Source: Promethearchaeota archaeon (GTDB lineage: Archaea > Asgardarchaeota > Lokiarchaeia > Sigyniarchaeales > SOKP01). From it: a stretch of DNA of 29,607 nt. Both the position numbers and the translations under genes were made by a program. Positions 1 through 7,885 of the stretch are shown here, one piece after another. The notes below the pieces were generated by a model. It was given only the letters and a program-made list of their open reading frames with translations. It ran no database searches and was not told the origin of the DNA. Positions within the stretch are counted from its first letter, which is position 1. Every line of letters begins with the position of its first letter. The stretch lies in the NCBI GenBank assembly GCA_019058245.1, contig JAHPZJ010000029.1:1-29607 (forward strand), given 5' to 3'.

Positions 1-348
1 TAATGTCTCTTGACATTATAAGAAATTTAATCTCTCCATCTTTGTCTATAAATTGTTTCCATTTGATTCAATCCAAATAAAGTGGCCTTCTTTATGTTTT
101 AATCTTACTTCAAGATAAGGAATACTAGTTTGCAATAGATTATCAAATTCGAACAAAACTTTTTTATAGTCTTCAAGATGGACAAATTCTAAGAGCTCTT
201 TGTCTATTAAGTCTTTACTAGAATACCCTGTTAGCTTTTGATGGATTTTTTCATTCACAAATTCATATTTTAAATCCTGATTTATAATGGAAACCAAATC
301 ATTTATTTTCTCCACTATTATTTCATTGATTTCTCCCGATTTAATCAA
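1..348 (-). CDS. PAS-domain sensor protein, N-terminal part (apparent 1-nt frameshift near 55-58; continues off the left edge)
   Basis: The ORF reads as a PAS domain (IVEKINDLVSIIN..FVN...LTGYS..DLI...EFVHLED...EVRLKHKEGHFIWIESNG). The alternative frame past GGAAACAATTT continues QFIDKDGEIKFLIMSRDI, the typical PAC end, open to position 1. Confidence 0.8.
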
Positions 349-686
349 TACTAAAACCTTTATTATCTATTTGCATTTTTCTTCTATTTTATAAGCATCA
401 ATATAATTTTAAAAAAATAAAGAGAAATTATCCTTTTTTTCTAAATACAAAATAAATCAAGATTATTTATGTTTTCATTTTTCGAAAAAAAGAAATACGA
501 AAAAGATAAGTCAATTTAATTTTTTCTAAATTTCATATTCGGAATTTCATAAAATGATGCTAAATTAAGAGATTTTTTTGATATTGAAAAAAAATTTTAT
601 TTTTCAGAATATTAAAAAGTATGTTTTTTCATAATATAATAGAAAAATAACTTCATTACATAAAAAACATTTTTGAGGTTTCGAAC

Positions 687-3600
687 TTGAAAGCTCTTTT
701 AAAATCAAATGGTTTGTCGGATAATGCAATTAAAGTGTATCTTGGAGGATTAGGAAGATTTCCATATACTTTTAGTGAGATAAGGAGTATTCTGCCAAAC
801 CTTTCAGAAAATGATGTAAAGCTAATCCTTGATGATCTTGTTGCAAAACAATTAATTATAATTGTTAATCCAAAATATTCAGAATCATTACCTCATTATA
901 TTACTATACCGCCATTTGCAACATTACTTAATAGTATCACTGGAGCAATCGTTCCTTCTGAAGGAATTGATAATCAAAAATCAAAAACAACGTTTTCCTT
1001 AGAAGGATTTAAAGATGCTATTTATCAGGACATTGAAATCATCACTGGGGATTTAATTGATGTAATAAGTACTCAAGATAATTCAGTTCAGACAACAGAA
1101 ATATTATCTGAAGTTGAAAATAATGTAAAGAAATTCGCTCAAGTCATATTAAGTGAAATTATAGAGTTAATTTCACCATTAAAAATGAAATCAGCTGTAG
1201 ATGGTCGCGATTTGACTAACTTTATTAATTCAGTTCAAGAAAAAATTTCAGAATCTGAAGAAATTGTTACAAACATGTTTAACCAGTTTAGAGAGATTGT
1301 GAAAGAAATGGGCCCATCTGATAGATCTTCTCAAATTGAGGGATTTAAAATATTTATAAGAAGGTTAGGAGAAGCAATAGAAAAAAGAGTTAATGAAATC
1401 GCTATAGGGGGAGGTCCAGGATCTTTAAACAATATAGAATTCATTAAAACTTCATTAAATAATATTTTAACTGATTACATTAGTATTCATAAAATTTCAA
1501 TAGAAAAATTTTGGAATATAAATAATAATGAAAAAATCAAAGAAATTATTTCAATATTAATTGATAAATGTACTGATAATTTAACCATTATAGTTCCAGA
1601 TATCGAGATTTTTATTCCTTTAGATAAATTTGAGTTAGATTATTCAGAGGAACTTGATTTAGAAAAAAAAAATGACAAAAAAATAACCATATCCAAAAAG
1701 GGAGAACGTAAAGAACCAGTAATGAGTAAAAAACAGAAAAAAGAAATCGAAGAAAAATTAGATGTCACCGCTAAAAAAGTACCAGAATTAAAGGGATTTG
1801 AATTGAGTCATGATATTGCTGAAATATTATCATATATTTCTGGAATAAATCCAGAATCTGCTGCTATAGAAAGTATACAAGGGTGGTTGAACAGACTTTT
1901 AGTTATCAGAAAACATTTAGATTCAAATACTCAATATCTCCTCCTAGAAAATATTGAAAAATGGAAAAAGAATTATTTTATTGTGAAGAAAATAGAGGAA
2001 GAACCAAAAGAAGAATTAATTGATGAATTAAAAGAGAATAAACTTGAAGAGAAACCTTCTTCTATTGGATTGCAGCTGCAAATCATTTCCTCAGAACCTT
2101 GTGAGAATAAACATGCCATAGCTTTAGCAAATACAGTAAATACAGAATATTTACAGATAAAGAATAATAATATTATTGCTATTTTGGGGGATAATTCATA
2201 TTTAATTCTTGGGGTTTACCATCAAACAAGTTTTAAACCCACATTTGAAATTAGTGGCTTTTTCACTACATATTCACCTATCCTTAAAATGTTTAAACCA
2301 TTTATAGAAGATATAAAGACTAGAGCAAGATATCCTAAAGAAATTGAAATTAATCGCGGTTTTAATGAAATTATTGAAAATATTAATGATTATTCGGGAA
2401 GAAAAATCAGTAAAAGATTAAAAAGATTAATAGATGTAGCTTTTGAACAAGACGGAATCTCTCTGGATATTTTAGAGCTTAAATTATTAGTGGGTAAATT
2501 AGAGAAAAACTATAACTTGTTAAATGATGAAATGAAAGAGTATGTTGTCAATGAACTCAACAAATTGAATAAAAAATTCTCTACTTTAGAATTGATATAT
2601 CCTCCAGAATTTGAACCTACTATTTTAGAAGAAGAACCTAAAGGTGAATTAGAAGTTGAGGGCACAGATTCAAAGATTGATTCCTTGGATCCTGAAAAAG
2701 TAGATAGTTTATTCGAATTATTGATTGAAAAAATTGATGATCTTAAAGGCATCGAAATTGGAGAACAAATTGATAAATTTATAGAAACTATTTTAGAATT
2801 ACAGGGGTATTCTGAAATTGTTGAATGGAAAAAAACACTAAGCACTGTTGATGAAACTTTAGAAGAACCATTTAAAGAAAAAATAAAGCATGACTTACTA
2901 AATTGGAAAGAAGGAATTCTAAAACAAGCTTTGTCTTCTGATATATTAATAAAAGATGAATCATCTGAAATTTATGAACAATCTCAAAATATTAATTCAA
3001 AACAAGAAACCACCCCTTCCATTTCTGAAGAAGAATATATTAGTCCTGGATTGGCACAATCACAATTTGGGAATGAATTAGATTCTTCTACTTCAAAGGA
3101 TTCAGATAAGGTTGATCCTGAAATTGAAATGAAGGAACTAGTTAAAAAAATTCAAGCAAATTTAGGGGAATCAACTGGATTCGAAATCAGTAAGTTATTA
3201 CAAAATATTGTTGATATTATATTAGAGACTGAGGGATATTCTATGGCTCTTAAGGGTATTAAAGATTGGATCAGCAAACTTCGAATGATTAGAACCCCCC
3301 TTGAAACTGAAATTAAAGAAGACTTTGAATCAGACTTCTTAAACTTGAAAGAAAAATATATAACAGAAGACAGTGGAACAGATTTAGATTTTAGTCCCTC
3401 TTTTGAGACGATTGAAAAAACTACCGAGGAAAGTGGAAATAAAAATGAAGGCAAATTAATTGATAAATTTAATAATTTGATACAGACTACAACTTCTCTT
3501 AATGGCAATAAGTTAAGTGAAGAATTACAAGAAATCGCGGATATTATTTTACAATCTCATGGTGCTGTAGCTATAAATGTAATAAGACAATGGATAAGTA

Positions 3601-3689
3601 AATTGAGATCTATGAAAGAACCCTTAGAAGATGATATTAGAGAAGAATTTCTAGCTGAAGTAGAAATTTGGAAGGAAAAATTTAGCTAG
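687..3689 (+). CDS. Large TrmB-like wHTH protein with a split PLD-fold-like domain and five copies of an ~80-aa helical module
   Basis: The N-terminus GLSDNAIKVYL...TFSEI...LDDLVAKQLI resembles a TrmB wHTH. A helical region follows, then PLD-like segments (FWNI..EKIKEIISILIDKCTDNLTIIVP; LQIIS...IAILGDNSYLILG...GFFT). The repeated module is G.E(I/L)S..L..I.D.I....G......I..W...L......L. TTG start with GAGGT upstream. Confidence 0.6.
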   Translation: MKALLKSNGLSDNAIKVYLGGLGRFPYTFSEIRSILPNLSENDVKLILDDLVAKQLIIIVNPKYSESLPHYITIPPFATLLNSITGAIVPSEGIDNQKSKTTFSLEGFKDAIYQDIEIITGDLIDVISTQDNSVQTTEILSEVENNVKKFAQVILSEIIELISPLKMKSAVDGRDLTNFINSVQEKISESEEIVTNMFNQFREIVKEMGPSDRSSQIEGFKIFIRRLGEAIEKRVNEIAIGGGPGSLNNIEFIKTSLNNILTDYISIHKISIEKFWNINNNEKIKEIISILIDKCTDNLTIIVPDIEIFIPLDKFELDYSEELDLEKKNDKKITISKKGERKEPVMSKKQKKEIEEKLDVTAKKVPELKGFELSHDIAEILSYISGINPESAAIESIQGWLNRLLVIRKHLDSNTQYLLLENIEKWKKNYFIVKKIEEEPKEELIDELKENKLEEKPSSIGLQLQIISSEPCENKHAIALANTVNTEYLQIKNNNIIAILGDNSYLILGVYHQTSFKPTFEISGFFTTYSPILKMFKPFIEDIKTRARYPKEIEINRGFNEIIENINDYSGRKISKRLKRLIDVAFEQDGISLDILELKLLVGKLEKNYNLLNDEMKEYVVNELNKLNKKFSTLELIYPPEFEPTILEEEPKGELEVEGTDSKIDSLDPEKVDSLFELLIEKIDDLKGIEIGEQIDKFIETILELQGYSEIVEWKKTLSTVDETLEEPFKEKIKHDLLNWKEGILKQALSSDILIKDESSEIYEQSQNINSKQETTPSISEEEYISPGLAQSQFGNELDSSTSKDSDKVDPEIEMKELVKKIQANLGESTGFEISKLLQNIVDIILETEGYSMALKGIKDWISKLRMIRTPLETEIKEDFESDFLNLKEKYITEDSGTDLDFSPSFETIEKTTEESGNKNEGKLIDKFNNLIQTTTSLNGNKLSEELQEIADIILQSHGAVAINVIRQWISKLRSMKEPLEDDIREEFLAEVEIWKEKFS

Positions 3690-3699
3690 ACCTCTAACC

Positions 3700-4848
3700 T
3701 TAATAAAAAGGGTTATGATATTTTTTGTCAACTTTTTGGTATAATTTCCTTAATCTAATTTCTTTACCAATTAAACCTTCAATTTGACATAAATATTCAT
3801 ATTCATCTTTTAAACAGAGTGTAATAGCGACTCCCTTTTTACTCATTCGTGATGTACGACCTATCCTATGAATATAATTATCAGGGAATTTAGGAATATC
3901 ATAATTAAAAACATGGGAAATATTATCTATGTCAAGTCCTCTGGCGGCCACATCCGTCGCTATAAGTAAATTCACTTGCTTTGTCCTAAATTTATCAAGA
4001 ATTTTTTCTCTCTGAAATTGTGTTAAATTTCCCGAAATGACACCTACTCTAAAGCTAATACCTTTATAGTTTTCCATTCTTCTTTCTAACCAAGATGCGG
4101 TTTTCTTAGTATTTACAAATACTAATGCATGTTTTGGTTTCTCAAGTTTCAAAATTCTTATAAATGTTTTAAATTTTTCCTTATATCTTTCGATTAAATA
4201 ATAAACTTGAGTAGTATTTCCAACAGTTAAATCATCACGACTTAAATTTAGGAATTCAAACTTATTTTTGGAATATTTTTGGACTAATTTTCTCATATCA
4301 GAATCTAAGGTTGCTGAAAAAAGCATAAATTGATATGTTGTCTTTATTTTACTTAAAATATATTTAACATCAGGGGCGAATCCCATATCCCATAACCTAT
4401 CTGCCTCATCTAATACGACAAATCTAATATTTTTAAAGGAAAGTTCTTTTCTCTTGAAAAGATCTATAATCCTACCTGGAGTTCCTACAATAACATTTAC
4501 GCCATTCTTTAATTTGTTTATTTGATTATTTATTGAAACACCACCATATATCGTCATCGATTTAATTTTAGGATCTCTCAAATCCTTTATAACACTGTTA
4601 ATTTGTTTTGCAAGTTCTCTAGTTGGAACTAAAATTATTGCTTCATTATTGATATATTTTAATTGCTCAATGATTGGAAGAATAAAAGCCAAGGTCTTTC
4701 CAGTACCCGTTTTAGATTGGGTCATTAAATGACTACCATCTAAAACGAGTGGAATTGCTTTTTTCTGTACAGGAGTAGGTTTTAAAATATTTAATTTTTT
4801 TAAAGCACTGTTATTTTTTTCACTAATACCTAAATCTATAAAACTCAA
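3700..4848 (-). CDS. DEAD-box RNA helicase
   Basis: Q motif PTPVQ, Walker A TGTGKT, PTRELA, GG, TPGR, DEAD, SAT, TDVAARGLD and YIHRIGRTSR are all present. Confidence 0.97.
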   Translation of the reverse strand: MSFIDLGISEKNNSALKKLNILKPTPVQKKAIPLVLDGSHLMTQSKTGTGKTLAFILPIIEQLKYINNEAIILVPTRELAKQINSVIKDLRDPKIKSMTIYGGVSINNQINKLKNGVNVIVGTPGRIIDLFKRKELSFKNIRFVVLDEADRLWDMGFAPDVKYILSKIKTTYQFMLFSATLDSDMRKLVQKYSKNKFEFLNLSRDDLTVGNTTQVYYLIERYKEKFKTFIRILKLEKPKHALVFVNTKKTASWLERRMENYKGISFRVGVISGNLTQFQREKILDKFRTKQVNLLIATDVAARGLDIDNISHVFNYDIPKFPDNYIHRIGRTSRMSKKGVAITLCLKDEYEYLCQIEGLIGKEIRLRKLYQKVDKKYHNPFY

Positions 4849-4945
4849 TTTTGTCTTTCACTATTACTTTAACTTTTTCACACATTATCATAATAAATAT
4901 ATTAATCAAGAAAGATAAAGGTTTTGGAAATAAAATAATAAAATT

Positions 4946-7141
4946 TCATTCAGAAAAAATTTGTTCAGTTATATTTTGTATTTTGTTTAATTTTTGATGT
5001 AAAAACATCTTAACTTTGTCTGAGGTTATTTTGGGATTATTCATAAATAAATCATAAACTACTAATTCACATTTCTTACCAGTTTTTGCTAACTGCTTAT
5101 GCAAAGGATTAAATTCATCATAAAGAGGAATTGGAAATAAAAAGGGTCTCTTATGAATATGTCTTGAACTTTTTATTAATTTTATTTTTTTTGATAAATT
5201 TGGATCATTTAAGAATGCTGATAAATAATAGGCTTCATTCTCTGAATCAGTGGAATAATAGTAGTTTTCAGATCCAACAATTACTTGCTGTTTTTTATTA
5301 TCTATAACAGCTGCTTTCAATGTGGATCCACTTGCATTATAAACAGCAATAAATGACTTGTTATTAATTTGTTTTTGCAATTTATTCCAATAATTAATGT
5401 TCTCAAACAATGTGTTAATATCACTAGTTTTCTTCTTATTTTGTTGATAGATTTTATTCATTTCTTTATAAAAATTAAGAGCTTTAGGATAATTTTGTAA
5501 GAAATCAAAGTCTAATTCATATTTTTCATTTACAGGAAGAAATATATTTCTTTTACGTTTAATAAAAAAAGGAATAAGATCCAAATTTAAAAAAGTCTTA
5601 AATTTAAACCATTGTTCTATTTCTCTATCTCTAAATTGAAAAGCCCACTTTTTTTTAGCTCGCGATAATACATCTGGATCAGTTGAAATTATAATGGAAT
5701 CCCCTTTTTTTTCCTTTTTTTTAAAAAAAATTAATGTTCTTGGAACGATTGTAGCACCTTGAAAGAATTTGTCTTTATAGGGACTTTTTTCTCTAATATT
5801 AAAAATTTCTAATTGCTGTTTAGGTAAAAGTAATTTTGAACCATTTTTTTCAATTTTTAAACTTGAGTAATATGTTTCTTTTTTTAATTCAAGTTTGTTA
5901 TTAAATAATTTGGCTTTTATTGGATATCTTTCTTTAATCGAAATATTATTATTTTTTCCAATATACTCCGCTTTCAAACATATGTGATTTACATTAAAGA
6001 AATAATTATTTGGAAAATCCCAAATTTCTAAATTATTACTAAAAATAGAAAAGGCTCTAAATTTATTGCAATGATCCCCGTTTAAAACACTTTTTGGCAT
6101 GACAAAAAAGACGTAGCCATTTTTTTTTAAAAAATTTAGAGGCGTGGCATAGAAAAAAATCGCGGCTAATTCGATGTGAGTAATATATTGACTAGGTGGT
6201 TTGATTCCCAAATTTTGTGATAATTCACGAATTCTATTCTGATAATCCTTTATAGGTAAATCTTTATATGTTAACCAAGGGGGATTTCCGATAATAATAT
6301 CAAATGAATGGTATAAATTCTTAATATTGATGGACGTCTCCTTATTATATATCTCAGGAAAAAGAGAATCAATCAAGAAAATGTTAATTCTTGGTGTTAT
6401 ATGATTTTTAATATTAAAATATTCTAAGAGTAGTAAAAATATATTCGATTTTGTTACCACAATAGCTAAGGGATTAATATCAAAACCGTATATATTAGCA
6501 AGTGCTTTAGATTTTTTTTGCTCTGATTCTGAAGAATCGAGAATTTTAATGACTAAATTAATTAAAAAATTACCTGATCCACAAGATGGATCTAAGATTC
6601 TTGAACCCATCGAATAGATATTATCAATCATTTTCTTAACTAAGGTTGAAGGTGTATAAAATTCCCCAATTTTATGGCGGATATCAGGAAGAATTATTTC
6701 TTGATATATATTACTGAACAATTCTTCCTTAGCAAATTTCATATCTCGAATAATTTTATTTATTTCAGTAAATAAATCCTTGTTAAACTTTATCCAAGAA
6801 AAGTACGAAAAATCCAATATTTTCAATTGTTTTAGATTAATTTTTAAATATTCCTCATAATCTCCTGTAATATTGAAATTCTTATGATTAGAGAGTTTAA
6901 AATAAATTAAAAGCTCCAATAGTAAGATAAAATAGGTATGTTTAAAAAATAAATCTGAATTAATCTCATAACCGTAAATATTTGTATAGAAATTCTTCCA
7001 CTCTCTGAAATTTATCTCATATGCTTTTAGTTTCTCTGCTTGTTCTTTAAGATATTCTAAAGATTTAAGATAAATCTTAGAGTTTACACCAAAAATTTCA
7101 GAAATAAAATGAGAATCTAAAAATTTTTTGATCTTATCCAT
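4946..7141 (-). CDS. N6-adenine DNA methyltransferase (N-6 methylase / type IIG-like MTase+TRD, no recognisable nuclease domain)
   Basis: GEFYTP, motif I ILDPSCGSGNF, YGFDINPLA and motif IV IIGNPPW are present, followed by a long TRD-like C-terminal region. Confidence 0.88.
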   Translation of the reverse strand: MDKIKKFLDSHFISEIFGVNSKIYLKSLEYLKEQAEKLKAYEINFREWKNFYTNIYGYEINSDLFFKHTYFILLLELLIYFKLSNHKNFNITGDYEEYLKINLKQLKILDFSYFSWIKFNKDLFTEINKIIRDMKFAKEELFSNIYQEIILPDIRHKIGEFYTPSTLVKKMIDNIYSMGSRILDPSCGSGNFLINLVIKILDSSESEQKKSKALANIYGFDINPLAIVVTKSNIFLLLLEYFNIKNHITPRINIFLIDSLFPEIYNKETSINIKNLYHSFDIIIGNPPWLTYKDLPIKDYQNRIRELSQNLGIKPPSQYITHIELAAIFFYATPLNFLKKNGYVFFVMPKSVLNGDHCNKFRAFSIFSNNLEIWDFPNNYFFNVNHICLKAEYIGKNNNISIKERYPIKAKLFNNKLELKKETYYSSLKIEKNGSKLLLPKQQLEIFNIREKSPYKDKFFQGATIVPRTLIFFKKKEKKGDSIIISTDPDVLSRAKKKWAFQFRDREIEQWFKFKTFLNLDLIPFFIKRKRNIFLPVNEKYELDFDFLQNYPKALNFYKEMNKIYQQNKKKTSDINTLFENINYWNKLQKQINNKSFIAVYNASGSTLKAAVIDNKKQQVIVGSENYYYSTDSENEAYYLSAFLNDPNLSKKIKLIKSSRHIHKRPFLFPIPLYDEFNPLHKQLAKTGKKCELVVYDLFMNNPKITSDKVKMFLHQKLNKIQNITEQIFSE

Positions 7142-7248
7142 TTTTTATCATTCTAGAAATATTACTTAAAAATATTCAACACTCATTAATAGATATATGA
7201 AATTATATTCATATTCTTCTTTAATAAAATGTAAAAAGAAAAAAGAAG

Positions 7249-7764
7249 TCACTTTCTCATAAATGAAGGAAGCATTAAGGAAAAGATTTCCGCAATCAAT
7301 TTTAACTTAGATTTCTCCTGTATTTTTGTAACTATTAAAATAGATTTTGATAGCTCTTCTTTATCTAAAGTACCTCCAGAATAAATTGCTTGTTCAGTAT
7401 TAAATACTAATAAAAACCTTACGTTAGGATTATTGACAATGCTAACTCCTTGAGTATTTTTTAGATCATCATAAATAGAGACCGATTTTTTAGAATATTC
7501 GCTCCTATCAGTAGTAATTAACAGTACTGGAATCCCTCGTCCAACAACTCTTTTGAGTTCTTTTGCATAAAATTCATCTACCTTAGGAGTTACAACATTC
7601 AATTGATCTGTAGTAGAATTTATCAAATTTATCAATGAGTCATTAAGTACATTTTTTTTTTCAGTGCCTCCACTATATTCTATGTTAACCATCCCAACTA
7701 ATGTCATTATCTTATTTTCCAGACTAGTTATTTGTTCTCTCAATTTTTTATTCTCTACACGCAA
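7249..7764 (-). CDS. Short coiled-coil plus PLD-fold (TrmB effector-like) protein lacking the HKD motif
   Basis: A heptad N-terminus precedes LINLINSTTDQLNVVTP...RGIPVLLIT...NPNVRFLLVFNTEQAIYSGGTL, which follows the PLD-like pattern but with HxKxxxxD replaced. Confidence 0.55.
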   Translation of the reverse strand: MRVENKKLREQITSLENKIMTLVGMVNIEYSGGTEKKNVLNDSLINLINSTTDQLNVVTPKVDEFYAKELKRVVGRGIPVLLITTDRSEYSKKSVSIYDDLKNTQGVSIVNNPNVRFLLVFNTEQAIYSGGTLDKEELSKSILIVTKIQEKSKLKLIAEIFSLMLPSFMRK

Positions 7765-7885
7765 CTCAATAATGCGATCCGAAATTTACATCAACTCTTT
7801 TTTGGTCTTTATAATAATAAATTAAGTAAAGTAACTATATTTTAATATTTTATAATTATTGGTTTTTCTAAAAGATTTATTTTAT

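Noticed and set aside
16-48. Stop-codon readthrough (pyrrolysine) at the TAG ending the PAS ORF
   Set aside because: The same frame hits TAA ten codons later, whereas a frameshift restores the PAS consensus.
2510-3508. Antisense ORFs 2510-2845 and 3152-3508
   Set aside because: Ser/Phe/Ile-rich shadows of the Glu/Lys-rich 1000-aa gene.
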